Part shown: piece after piece, positions 8,455 to 17,976 of the stretch
Layout: each line of letters starts with the position of its first letter
Numbering within the stretch: the stretch's first letter is position 1
From: Atribacterota bacterium
Lineage (GTDB): Bacteria > Atribacterota > Phoenicimicrobiia > Phoenicimicrobiales > Stramentimicrobiaceae
Direction of reading: 5' to 3'
DNA length: 64,000 bases
NCBI GenBank assembly: GCA_040767965.1
Contig: JAXGNR010000008.1
Location: 1-64,000, forward strand
Made by a program: the position numbers and the translations under genes
The notes under the pieces: generated by a model
What the model saw: the letters and a program-made list of their open reading frames with translations, nothing else
Database searches by the model: none
Told to the model about the DNA's origin: nothing

Positions 8455-9783
8455 TTAATTATAATTCCTATAAATTTTAATAATTTTCTTTAATTTATTT
8501 TTTTTGTTTATTGCAGGATTAACCAATACTTCCTGTAATAATATTCTTAGTATCTTGCCAATTTCTTCCCCTTCACAAATACCCATTTGAATTAAATCAA
8601 CTCCAGTGATATCTAAATCAGCTAAATTAAGAGGATGTTTTTTTATGATTTCTTCTTCCAGTAATATTTTTTCTTTTTTATAATTTTCTTTTCCATATTT
8701 TTTGCTTTTTAATAATAAATTTTTTTTCAATATAAGCAACCTTCTGCAGTTATTTTCACCAAATCTGGCTAGCAAAAAGCGAATTTTAACAGGAGAATCA
8801 AATTCAACCTGTTCCCATTCCCGGCTTAATAATAATTTAACTTCTTGTAAGATCTTTTTTTGAAACTTTAGATGGTCAATTGCCGGAAAATAAAAGATTC
8901 TGGCTAAAGAACATGATCCAAATCTTATTCTGCCCCAGAAGGCAAGTTGGGCCGAAAGGTCTTCCTTAATATCCTTAAATGATAACTTATCTACTCCATA
9001 ATCTGTGATAATAGTTTTTTTAAACCTATCAAGAGTAAAAATATTTTTTTCTAAATTTAAGACATTTAAAAAATAGATACCCATTTCCAGGTTAATACTG
9101 GAAAAAATCTTATAAATTTCGTATCTTATTCTCTCTACGCTAACAAATTGTATTAAAAAGGAGTTTTTGATTATATTTTTTTGTAACTGCAAATCTATTT
9201 TAAATCCCAATTCACAGGCAATTCGGATTGCTCTTAACATCCTAAGCGGATCCTCTTGAAGTCTTTTAAAGGAATCCGTACTGGTAATTTTTTTTTGCTG
9301 TAAATCCTTTAAACCACAGCAGGGATCATATAATCCTATTTTTTGACTCCATGCCAGTGCATTTATGGTAAAATCTCTTGAAGCTAGATTCTTTTTTAAT
9401 GCTGGTAAAAGTTCTTTTTCTCTGGCAAAAACATTTCCCGGAAGATATTGTTTTTGATTTTGTTTTATTTTCATAGTTGTCAGCTGAATTATTTTTTTCT
9501 GTAAAATAATAGTAGCTGTTATTTTCTTTTTCCCCAGCAGAAAGACTCTAAATTGATTGAAAACTGCTATAATCTGATTGATATTTGCATCAGTTAAGAT
9601 ATCCCAATCATTTACTTTCCTGTTCAGAAGTAAATCTCTAATGCATCCACCTACCAAAAATGCAACAAAACCTGCATTATTTAATTTTTCCATTATTAAA
9701 TAAACTTCTGAGGGGATTTCATTTTTCCAGCTTGTTTTTTTCCCAAGAAAAACCAAATTTTGCAATTCACTTTTCTTTCTCAA
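8455..9783 (-). CDS. cca: Class II tRNA nucleotidyltransferase (CCA/CC-adding family)
   Basis: VGGCIRDLLL..DWDILT, SRDFTINALA, EDPLRMLRAIR, VSVERIRYE, C-terminal LDITGVDLI..GEEIGKIL. Confidence 0.8.
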   Translation of the reverse strand: MRKKSELQNLVFLGKKTSWKNEIPSEVYLIMEKLNNAGFVAFLVGGCIRDLLLNRKVNDWDILTDANINQIIAVFNQFRVFLLGKKKITATIILQKKIIQLTTMKIKQNQKQYLPGNVFAREKELLPALKKNLASRDFTINALAWSQKIGLYDPCCGLKDLQQKKITSTDSFKRLQEDPLRMLRAIRIACELGFKIDLQLQKNIIKNSFLIQFVSVERIRYEIYKIFSSINLEMGIYFLNVLNLEKNIFTLDRFKKTIITDYGVDKLSFKDIKEDLSAQLAFWGRIRFGSCSLARIFYFPAIDHLKFQKKILQEVKLLLSREWEQVEFDSPVKIRFLLARFGENNCRRLLILKKNLLLKSKKYGKENYKKEKILLEEEIIKKHPLNLADLDITGVDLIQMGICEGEEIGKILRILLQEVLVNPAINKKNKLKKIIKIYRNYN

Positions 9784-9889
9784 GATAAATTACTCTTTTC
9801 TGTAAAAATTGGATGATTTATAAATTTTCTTTTTAATTACTACAATTGTATTCATTTTCAATATAAAAAACAAAAATTCTTTATTTATC

Positions 9890-9944
9890 TTGACAAATCT
9901 ATAATCATAGATATAATTGCTATAAGAAACATTTGCTATAAGCA
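9890..9944 (+). promoter_or_regulatory. sigma70 promoter with putative MarR operator
   Basis: TTGACA 9890-9895, TATAAT 9912-9917; TTGCTATAAG repeated at 9917 and 9933. Confidence 0.55.
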
Positions 9945-9974
9945 TATAATTATTAATTTATTTTTATTTAAGGA

Positions 9975-10412
9975 TTGAATATGTCTGGTATTTATTCATC
10001 TATCATAAGAATTAAATATTTTTGCAAGTGCAATGAAAGTAATATGAGTGCATCTTGTAAATTAAATACAGCTGAGCTGAATGGTCTTAGAGTTATGGAA
10101 GAAAGTGCGGTTCTAAATTGCTCCCAGTTTTCAGACAAAGTAGGACTTTCTGCTTCCAGAGGAAGCAGAATTATTGATAGTCTGGTAAAAAAAGGTTATA
10201 TTTTAAGAATAACAAAAAAAGAAGACCGTCGAACCACTTTACTTGTTTTAACAGAAAAAGGTAAAAAAATTAAAAATAAGGTGTTTTCCCAGCAAACTGA
10301 ATTTGAAAAAAAATTGGCAGCTGAAATGAGTAAACAAGAAATAGATAGCATCAATCTAGGCTTAAAACTATTAGAAAAATTTTTTAATAAATCAAACCAA
10401 AAAGGAGATTAA
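9975..10412 (+). CDS. MarR-family transcriptional regulator (Cys-rich)
   Basis: SRIIDSLVKKGYI, EDRR wing, LTEKG; four Cys in the N-terminal half. Confidence 0.85.
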   Translation: MNMSGIYSSIIRIKYFCKCNESNMSASCKLNTAELNGLRVMEESAVLNCSQFSDKVGLSASRGSRIIDSLVKKGYILRITKKEDRRTTLLVLTEKGKKIKNKVFSQQTEFEKKLAAEMSKQEIDSINLGLKLLEKFFNKSNQKGD

Positions 10413-10413
10413 A

Positions 10414-10740
10414 ATGTCAGAAAATGTAATTGAAATAAATGAAGACAATTTTCAGAAAGAAGTTCTTGATTCCACAATACCAGTGTTAGTAGATATGTGG
10501 GCACCCTGGTGCATGCCCTGTAAGATGGTTGCTCCGGCAGTGGAGAAAATTGCTCAGGAAAATAGCGGTAAAATAAAAGTTTGTAAGGTAAATGTTGATA
10601 ACAATCAGACAATTGCAGCAAAGCACAATATTCAAGGAATACCTGCTCTGTTAATTTTTAAAGAAGGTAAAGAAGTTGATCGTATTGTGGGAGCAGTGCC
10701 TGCTCAATCGATTCAAGCAAAGATAGACTCTTTTTTATAA
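10414..10740 (+). CDS. trxA: Thioredoxin
   Basis: PVLVDMWAPWCMPCK, KVNVD, IQGIPALLIFKEG. Confidence 0.95.
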   Translation: MSENVIEINEDNFQKEVLDSTIPVLVDMWAPWCMPCKMVAPAVEKIAQENSGKIKVCKVNVDNNQTIAAKHNIQGIPALLIFKEGKEVDRIVGAVPAQSIQAKIDSFL

Positions 10741-10759
10741 GAGGTAATTGGTAATTTTA

Positions 10760-10799
10760 AAGACAGAGCACAGTTTATAAGTAACCTGTGCTCTGTCTT
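10760..10799. terminator. Bidirectional terminator between trxA and the beta-CASP gene
   Basis: AAGACAGAGCACAG...CTGTGCTCTGTCTT hairpin between convergent genes. Confidence 0.75.
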
Positions 10800-10803
10800 A
10801 TTC

Positions 10804-12471
10804 TTATTTATTTTCTTGTTTAGACTTGTTTTTATCAGTCATTAACATACTTAATTCCAGACTTTCTTTCCTTAATTCCATTACCTTGTTTCTTATTTTT
10901 GATAAGTCTTCTCTGGTCATTTCTGTCTTTGTTTTTTGTTCCAGCTGTTCTAGAAGAGATGACATAATCTCTCTTAACTGTTCTGATTCATCTTCAAACA
11001 ACTGCTTTTCTCTTAAGCTTTTTTCTTTGACAACTTCTTCTGAAATTGCTTCTCTGGTACCTTTTACAATAAAATGTTCACCTAATTGGGGAACAATTGT
11101 TTTTATATTTAATCCTTTTTCGATTAAATTTGACAAAGTATCCAAGGCTTCCCCTTCTCCATGAACTAAAAATATTTTTTGTGGTTTTTTCTTAAAATTT
11201 TTAACCCATTGAATTAATTCCCCCTGATCGGCATGACCAGAAAATCCTTCTAAAACATGTATCTGAGCATTTATTTTTATTTCTTCTCCGAAAATTTTAA
11301 CTTGTTTTGCACCATCTTTTATTCTTCTACCTAAAGTACCCTCAGCTTGATATCCTACAAATACAATACTGGATTCTTCTCTCCACAGATTATGTTTTAA
11401 ATGATGTTTAATTCTTCCAGCTGTACACATGCCGCTGGCAGAAATAATTACTTTGCTTTCCCTGGATGCATTTAATTCTTTAGATTCTTGTGCTGTTTTA
11501 GTAAAATGAAGGTTTTTAAAATCGAGAGGATTATAACCTTGTTTAATTAGTTCTAAAGTATCTGCATCAAAACAATCCGGATTTCTTCTAAAAATCTCAG
11601 TTGCTGAAATAGTAAGAGGGCTATCTATATATACTGGTATGTCTAAATAGCTTTTATCCTTTACGGCAATAATCTGATCATAATATTGATTTAGTTCATA
11701 AATTATATCTTGAGCCCTTTGGACTGCAAAAGAAGGAATCACTACATTTCCTCCTTTTTCCCTTGTTTCAATCATAATTGGAATTAATTGTGATGCTTCA
11801 TTGTCTAAGGAAGGATGTACTCGATGTCCATAAGTAGATTCCAGAATTAAATAGTCTGCTTCTTCAATAATTGCGGGATCTCTGATAATAGGCTTGTTTT
11901 TTCTACCCAAATCCCCGCTGAAAACTAATTTAATAGTCTCGCTTCCCTCTTTAATCCATAATTCTACTATTGAGGACCCAAGAATATGCCCTGCATCTTG
12001 AAAGCGTATTGTCAAACTGTCATCAATAACAATTCTTTGATTATACAAAACAGGTGAAAAATATTTTAGACTCTCTAAAGCCTCATCAACTGTATAAAGA
12101 GGTTCTCGTAAAGATTTTCCTGCACGACTTCTTTTTCGGTTATCCCATTCAGTTTCCATCTCCTGTATATGTCCACTATCAGGCAACATAATTGTACATA
12201 AATCATGGGTTGCCTTAGTGCTGTATATTTTCCCCTTGAACCCGTTTTTTATTAAATTTGGAATTCTGCCACTATGATCAATATGGGCATGTGACAAGAT
12301 TGCCAGGTCTATCTCTTCCGGGTTAAAAGAAAAAGGTTCAAAGTTTAATTTATTTAATTGCCTGCTTCCTTGAAACATACCGCAGTCAATCAATATTTTT
12401 TTGTTTTCAGTTTCTAATAAGATATTCGAACCGGTGACCACCTGGGCAGCCCCTAAGAAATTAATTTTCAT
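10804..12471 (-). CDS. MBL-fold beta-CASP ribonuclease (RNA-specificity domain)
   Basis: SHAHIDHSG, DAGHILGS, FSGDLG, ESTYG, SASGMCTAGRI, FSGHADQ, LVHGE. Confidence 0.92.
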   Translation of the reverse strand: MKINFLGAAQVVTGSNILLETENKKILIDCGMFQGSRQLNKLNFEPFSFNPEEIDLAILSHAHIDHSGRIPNLIKNGFKGKIYSTKATHDLCTIMLPDSGHIQEMETEWDNRKRSRAGKSLREPLYTVDEALESLKYFSPVLYNQRIVIDDSLTIRFQDAGHILGSSIVELWIKEGSETIKLVFSGDLGRKNKPIIRDPAIIEEADYLILESTYGHRVHPSLDNEASQLIPIMIETREKGGNVVIPSFAVQRAQDIIYELNQYYDQIIAVKDKSYLDIPVYIDSPLTISATEIFRRNPDCFDADTLELIKQGYNPLDFKNLHFTKTAQESKELNASRESKVIISASGMCTAGRIKHHLKHNLWREESSIVFVGYQAEGTLGRRIKDGAKQVKIFGEEIKINAQIHVLEGFSGHADQGELIQWVKNFKKKPQKIFLVHGEGEALDTLSNLIEKGLNIKTIVPQLGEHFIVKGTREAISEEVVKEKSLREKQLFEDESEQLREIMSSLLEQLEQKTKTEMTREDLSKIRNKVMELRKESLELSMLMTDKNKSKQENK

Positions 12472-12545
12472 CTATAGTCCACCTTTCATTATTGTTTTCA
12501 TATATTTTATTTTCTTCAACACTCTTTTATATAATTTTTTTTACT

Positions 12546-13787
12546 TTAATTTAAAATATGCATTAGTAAAATGTAATATATTATGGAAGTTACCGCCAAT
12601 ATTGCTAATTGCTTTATTAATATAACATAAAAATCTCCCATTTTAATGTTAAAATAATCCTTTGTTATGGCCATACAAAGATGGATGGGTGTAGCCATTA
12701 ACCCAATATAGCTTGATATATAAAAAAGAATTACCCGGCTTGCAATTATCCCATTTGCCCCTATTAAAAAAGCAATAAAAACAGGAACACAAATACCTAC
12801 ACTGGCAGTAGCGCTTCCTGTAAAGAAGCTAACTAAAAAAGGAACTAAAACTAAAATTCCTACCAGGGGGACTCCGATAGACAAAAAATACCCAGGTAAA
12901 ATATCTACTACCCCTGTATGCTCAAGCATTCCTTGAAAAATAAATACTCCAAAAATTATTAAAAGAGTTTTATGGCTTGTTTTTCCTGACTCTTTTAGTA
13001 GTTTAATAATCTGAGAATTCAATTCAATATTAATTATTAATAAGATAGCAATTACCAGAAAAAGAGAGACAAGGAGATTGATATCAAAAAACAATACTAG
13101 CAGAATAACTGCTAAGACAGGCCAGGAGCTGTTTAAAAATTCTTTTAATGCAGCTTTTTTATTGTTTTTTTCTGCTGAAAAAGAAATAAAATTTTTATCT
13201 AGATTTTTAAATACCCATATTGCACCGCTTACAAAAGCAGCCAGAGCAAGGGGTGAAAAAAGAAATATTAAATTTTTAAGAGGAACATCTATCAAAGATG
13301 CATAAAGAATAACTTCTGGATAAAGAGGCCATATAAATAACCAGATATGTCGAAACCAATAATTTATAAACATGTTTTTTTCTGGTTTTATCTGATTATT
13401 TTCCCCCATCGATTTAACCATGGGGGCAGAAAAGATTGCCCCTCCTTGAATAGGAAGTAAAGCAACGAATGCTGAAATTAGCATCATTACAAATCTGTAA
13501 TCCTGAATTAATTTTTGTAAAGAATAAGACATTCTTTCAAATTTTTTTAATTTTTCCAGAATAATACTCAACAAATAAACTAAATAAATTATTCCTAATA
13601 AAGAAAGAGTTGTGGGTTTTAAGGAAACATTTTTCCAGATTATAAGTATTTCACCTATTTTAATTTGAAAAAACAACCCCAATAAAAATGAATTCAAAAG
13701 CAGGTTAAATCCTAAGTCTACCTTTTTTTTCAATAAAAATATAATAAAGACCATTATTATTAATAATTTCAATATTTCTATAGGCAT
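12546..13787 (-). CDS. DUF401-family membrane protein
   Basis: LPIQGGAIFSAPMV, INYWFRHIW..WPLYP, TPIHLC; polytopic. Confidence 0.8.
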   Translation of the reverse strand: MPIEILKLLIIMVFIIFLLKKKVDLGFNLLLNSFLLGLFFQIKIGEILIIWKNVSLKPTTLSLLGIIYLVYLLSIILEKLKKFERMSYSLQKLIQDYRFVMMLISAFVALLPIQGGAIFSAPMVKSMGENNQIKPEKNMFINYWFRHIWLFIWPLYPEVILYASLIDVPLKNLIFLFSPLALAAFVSGAIWVFKNLDKNFISFSAEKNNKKAALKEFLNSSWPVLAVILLVLFFDINLLVSLFLVIAILLIINIELNSQIIKLLKESGKTSHKTLLIIFGVFIFQGMLEHTGVVDILPGYFLSIGVPLVGILVLVPFLVSFFTGSATASVGICVPVFIAFLIGANGIIASRVILFYISSYIGLMATPIHLCMAITKDYFNIKMGDFYVILIKQLAILAVTSIIYYILLMHILN

Positions 13788-13923
13788 AATCCACCACTAT
13801 TCAATATATTTTGATTTCATTTTAATCCAATTTTAAAATTTAAATAACTTTTTACAATTTCAAAATAGGTAAATAATATGCAGCAATGTTTAAAAATAGT
13901 TCAAATTATTTTCCGTCTATCTT

Positions 13924-13976
13924 AAAGTAAAAATATTCCATAAAACTTTCCATGTTTTATGGAATATTTTTACTTT
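13924..13976 (-). terminator. Long hairpin terminator after asp23
   Basis: 23-bp perfect stem AAAGTAAAAATATTCCATAAAAC / GTTTTATGGAATATTTTTACTTT with a 7-nt loop. Confidence 0.7.
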
Positions 13977-14003
13977 TTTCTATTTTTAATGTCTAATTTT
14001 CAT

Positions 14004-14474
14004 TTATTTTTTATTTTTTAAATCAGTTTCTTTTATATTTTCTTCTTTTTCTTCTTTTTTAAGTTCTTTTTTGTCTTTTTCTTCTTTTTCTTCTTTAAAT
14101 TTAACGTCCAGGACATGGACGTCTACTTTAGAAACACTTAATCCTGCCATATTCTCAATAGCCTTTTTAACATTTTTCTGAGTTTCCCTTGCTGTTTGAT
14201 AGATTCCTGTATTATAATCAGCTACTATAGAAATAGTGATTGCCACTTCTTTCTGATTCATTGCTACTTCCACACCTTTTGTCAAGCTGCTTTTGTCTAA
14301 TAGTGGAGCAGACATGCCTTTTCTGCCAGCAGTCAAACCTACCACGCCATTTATTTTCATCGTCTCCATGGCAACAATAATTGCAACCACATCTTTTGAA
14401 ACTGATATATTTCCTAGTTCTGTATTTTGTTCTTCTAAATCATTATCTTTTTCTATTTTTTCATTTTCAGACAT
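14004..14474 (-). CDS. Asp23/Gls24-family envelope stress protein
   Basis: GNISVSKDVVAIIV, KGVEV, QKNVKKAIENMAGLSVSKVDVHV; charged C-terminal tail. Confidence 0.88.
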   Translation of the reverse strand: MSENEKIEKDNDLEEQNTELGNISVSKDVVAIIVAMETMKINGVVGLTAGRKGMSAPLLDKSSLTKGVEVAMNQKEVAITISIVADYNTGIYQTARETQKNVKKAIENMAGLSVSKVDVHVLDVKFKEEKEEKDKKELKKEEKEENIKETDLKNKK

Positions 14475-14510
14475 AAAGAAAACCTCCTTTTTAAAAAAAT
14501 ACTAGTGACT

Positions 14511-15089
14511 TTAATATTCAATCTTAGAAACATTTATTTTAACTTCTTTAGCATTAATTCCGCTTTTCTTTGGTAGTTCTTCTTTTAATTTTTGTTGAAT
14601 ATAGTGTGCTGTTTCAGGTATATTGCAGTTGGGTGTTACAACGAGATCTAAAATTGTGTTTATTTCTGAATTTTTAATTATTTTTATACTTGGTTTAATC
14701 TCTTTTACCTCTGCAATATTTTCCAGTACATTTAAAATTATATTATTCAAAGAATCAGTAGATACATTAATTTCCCCATCTTCGGTAGATATTTTTACAG
14801 CTGGTATTTGATGTATCATTTTTTGTTTGATCCAAAGCAAATAAAGTGCAATAAATAGTAATATTAAACCCATTGCTGCCAGAACAGCTTGATTGATATA
14901 ACTCTCATACACAAGATTGAGGCCATTTTGGATTATGCTAAATAAAAAATCTTTTTTTATAATATTAAATGCTACTAAAAAGCATTTTAAAGAAAAAACT
15001 AATAATAAAACAATAAATAACACAAAAATTATATTATTAAATATTTTTTCTTTCATTCTGAACCTCTCTACTAATTTATTTAGATTCAC
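14511..15089 (-). CDS. amaP: AmaP-like alkaline shock membrane anchor protein
   Basis: Two N-terminal TMs, TEDGEINVSTDSL, Asp23-like C-terminus; adjacent to asp23. Confidence 0.75.
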   Translation of the reverse strand: MNLNKLVERFRMKEKIFNNIIFVLFIVLLLVFSLKCFLVAFNIIKKDFLFSIIQNGLNLVYESYINQAVLAAMGLILLFIALYLLWIKQKMIHQIPAVKISTEDGEINVSTDSLNNIILNVLENIAEVKEIKPSIKIIKNSEINTILDLVVTPNCNIPETAHYIQQKLKEELPKKSGINAKEVKINVSKIEY

Positions 15090-15104
15090 TATAAATTATA
15101 TTTT

Positions 15105-15947
15105 TCAATCTAGCAGAAGATTTGAAATTCTGTACAAATCTTCATCACTATAAAATTCTATTGATAAGCTTCCTTTTTTCCCATTAAAATCAACCTTAAC
15201 CTTTGTTCCAAATTTATCTACTAATTTTTTTTCTAAATCAGGAAAAGTCTTCTTTTCATTTTTCTGAAAAAAATCCTTTTTGGGCTTTTTTTTCAGCCAA
15301 CGAGCAATCATTCTTTCCAGATCTCTGACTGATAATGATTGTTCAATGGTTTTTTGAGCAAATTCTTGTTGCAACTGCGTATTTTCTAATGATAAAAGAA
15401 CTTTAGCATGTCCTAAACTGATTTTTCCTGAGCCTATCCTTTCTTTGACCCAATTATCTAAATTCAAAAGGCGGATAATATTGCTGACAAATGCTCTACT
15501 TTTACCGGTTATATCAGCCAATTCCTGATGTGTTAAGCTAAATTCGTCAGTTAGCCTTTTAAAAGCCAGGGCTTGGTCAATAGGATTTAGGTCTTCTCTT
15601 TGAATATTTTCCACTAAGGCTATTTCAAAAGTTTTTAAATCATTAAATTGTCTTATAATCACAGGAACTTTGTCTAATCCCACATCCCTTGCTGCTCTTA
15701 ATCTTCTTTCACCAGCTACAATTTCATATCCTTTACTTGATTCGCGTACAATAATTGGCTGAATTATGCCATGTGTTTTTATAGACTCTTTTAACTCATC
15801 CATTTTTTCCTGGTTAAAATCCTGTCTTGGCTGATACAAATTAGGAGTCAATTCATTTATATCAATTTCTGTTACATAAGAGCGATCTTTAATATTAGAA
15901 ATAGGAATAAGGGATTCCAATCCCTTTCCTAAACCCTTTTTAGCCAT
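15105..15947 (-). CDS. parB: ParB/Spo0J chromosome partition protein
   Basis: KGLGKGLESLI, QPRQDF, GIIQPIIVR, AGERRLRA, ALVENIQREDLNPI, HTH. Confidence 0.96.
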   Translation of the reverse strand: MAKKGLGKGLESLIPISNIKDRSYVTEIDINELTPNLYQPRQDFNQEKMDELKESIKTHGIIQPIIVRESSKGYEIVAGERRLRAARDVGLDKVPVIIRQFNDLKTFEIALVENIQREDLNPIDQALAFKRLTDEFSLTHQELADITGKSRAFVSNIIRLLNLDNWVKERIGSGKISLGHAKVLLSLENTQLQQEFAQKTIEQSLSVRDLERMIARWLKKKPKKDFFQKNEKKTFPDLEKKLVDKFGTKVKVDFNGKKGSLSIEFYSDEDLYRISNLLLD

Positions 15948-16701
15948 GTGATATTACCTCCTGGGCTAATTTTCGGTAAGCTTGGGCACCTTTTGATTTT
16001 AATTCATATAAAGCAATTGGTTGGCCATAGCTTGGTGCCTCACTTAAACGAACATTCCTGGGAATAATAGAATTAAAAATGCTGCCTTTAAAATGTTTAT
16101 AAATCTCTTCCATCACCTCTTTTGACAAATTATTACGCTTATCATACATTGTTAACAATATACCCTCAATTGAAAGATTAGGATTTAAGTTTTCTTTTAC
16201 TAAAGTGATTGTATTAAGCAATTGGCCTACTCCTTCAAGGGCATAGTACTCACACTGTACTGGAATTATAACAGAATCAGCAGCATTAAGAGAATTCAAG
16301 GTAAGCAACCCTAGAGATGGAGGAGTATCAATAATAATATAGTCATATTTTTCTTTAATAGGTCTAATTAGTTGTTTAAGTCGATTTTCTCTAGAAATAT
16401 AATTAACTAATTCTACTTCTGCACCAGCTAATTGTAGGGTTGATGGTAAAACATCAAGATTTTCAATCTGACTGGGAAGCAAAACATCTTGAATGGGAAC
16501 TTGGTTAATAAGACTATCATATATATTTTTTTCTATCTTTGCTCTTTCTACTCCTATTCCACTACTGGCGTTTCCTTGTGGGTCAATGTCTATTAACAAA
16601 ACTTTCTTTTTTTCAATTGCCAAAAAAGCACTTAAGTTAATAGCTGTGGTTGTTTTTCCAACTCCGCCCTTTTGATTGCTTATAGACATAATCTTGCTCA
16701 T
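15940..16701 (-). CDS. parA: ParA/Soj ATPase
   Basis: NQKGGVGKTTT, DIDPQGNASSG, DTPPSLG, PVQCEYYALEG, IPRNVRLSEAPSYG. Confidence 0.96.
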   Translation of the reverse strand: MSKIMSISNQKGGVGKTTTAINLSAFLAIEKKKVLLIDIDPQGNASSGIGVERAKIEKNIYDSLINQVPIQDVLLPSQIENLDVLPSTLQLAGAEVELVNYISRENRLKQLIRPIKEKYDYIIIDTPPSLGLLTLNSLNAADSVIIPVQCEYYALEGVGQLLNTITLVKENLNPNLSIEGILLTMYDKRNNLSKEVMEEIYKHFKGSIFNSIIPRNVRLSEAPSYGQPIALYELKSKGAQAYRKLAQEVISHG

Positions 16702-16734
16702 ATTAACCAATCCCTTCTATTTTTGTAAAATAAA

Positions 16735-16750
16735 TGTTCCACGTGGAACA
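16735..16750. promoter_or_regulatory. parS: parS centromere site
   Basis: Perfect TGTTCCACGTGGAACA just upstream of parA. Confidence 0.95.
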
Positions 16751-16873
16751 ATCAGAAGTATTTTAATTCTCGATAATCTATTTTATTGCGATATTCTATC
16801 TCTTAATAGTAGTATTTTTGTTTAAGTTAGTTTTAAATTTAATAAGAATTAATTCAATATTACCAAAATTAAC

Positions 16874-17665
16874 TTAAAAACACAAAGGTCTTTTTTGTGG
16901 AATTCCATTTCTTCTGGGATACCTGTCAGGGGTAGATTTAATTTTACGAAAAACTAAAATGGAGCGTATTTTTGTTGAATCGGGTAATTTTAAAATATTT
17001 ATTTCTTCTAATTTTGCACCTAGCTCTTCTACAACTTTTATATTGGAATAAAGTTCTTTTTGATAAGTATTTCCCTTATAAGCTATAAAAATACCATTTT
17101 TAGAACACAAAGGAAGACAATATTCGCTTAACACATCTAAAGAAGCAACTGCTCTTGAAAGCACTACTTCATACTTCTCTCTATGTTCAACTTTTCTTCC
17201 TATATTTTCAGCTCTATCTTGAATTGTTTCAATCTTTTCCAACTGCAACTTTTCAATTGTTCTATCTAAAAAATCTTTTTTGTTTTTTCTTGCTTCTAAA
17301 AGAATCACTTTAGTTTGTGGAAAAACAATATTAATTGGTATTCCTGGAAAACCTGCACCACTCCCAACATCAATAATTTTTACATTTTCGTTACTTTTTT
17401 CTATTAAAATATTTTTTAGATAATTAAAGATAGATAAGGAATCAAGAAAATGTTTTTTGATTATTAGATAAGGATCTGTGATAGCTGTAATGTTTATTTT
17501 TTTTTGGTAATATTCTAGTATTTTTAAATATTCAAAAAATTTTAAAATACTATTTTTCTCTAATCTAATCCCAAATGATAAAAAACTGACATCAATATAC
17601 TTTATATAATGTTTTTCTAATTCATTACTGTAAACGCCTTTTTCAACAAGTTTTCCACAATCCAT
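16874..17665 (-). CDS. rsmG: 16S rRNA m7G527 methyltransferase (start uncertain)
   Basis: HFLDSL, IDVGSGAGFPGIP, RAE, SRAVA, TPDRYPRRNGIPQKRPL. Confidence 0.93.
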   Translation of the reverse strand: MDCGKLVEKGVYSNELEKHYIKYIDVSFLSFGIRLEKNSILKFFEYLKILEYYQKKINITAITDPYLIIKKHFLDSLSIFNYLKNILIEKSNENVKIIDVGSGAGFPGIPINIVFPQTKVILLEARKNKKDFLDRTIEKLQLEKIETIQDRAENIGRKVEHREKYEVVLSRAVASLDVLSEYCLPLCSKNGIFIAYKGNTYQKELYSNIKVVEELGAKLEEINILKLPDSTKIRSILVFRKIKSTPDRYPRRNGIPQKRPLCF

Positions 17666-17868
17666 TTTTTTGTTCTCTTTTCATATTTTTAAAAAAATAA
17701 TAACATAAACTTCCAGGTAATTCATAATAATTTTTTAAACCTCTAAAACCCTTATATTTACTTGGCTTTACAACAAAACAAAAAACAATATTTTGTTTTG
17801 TTTTTTCAATTGTACTAAATAGGCAAAATATTAATATTTTAAATTAGTTTATTCACAACTTTTCCACA
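17651..17868 (+). promoter_or_regulatory. DnaA-box-like cluster outside oriC
   Basis: TTTTCCACA 17651-17659, TTATTCACA 17849-17857, TTTTCCACA 17860-17868; the same variants occur in oriC. Confidence 0.55.
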
Positions 17869-17916
17869 ATATCAGCTTGTTGTATTTTAGAGGATATTTT
17901 TGAAGTTAAAAGATTT

Positions 17917-17976
17917 AAAAACAGCACTTTCTATAAAATGTTCCACGTGGAACATTTTATAGAAAGTGCTGTTTTT
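17917..17976. repeat. parS: Perfect 60-bp palindrome centred on a parS site (parS 17939-17954)
   Basis: AAAAACAGCACTTTCTATAAAATGTTCCAC|GTGGAACATTTTATAGAAAGTGCTGTTTTT. Confidence 0.95.

Noticed and set aside
14004-14100. Lys/Glu-rich repetitive DNA at the end of asp23
   Set aside because: Low-complexity coding tail, not a tandem array or CRISPR
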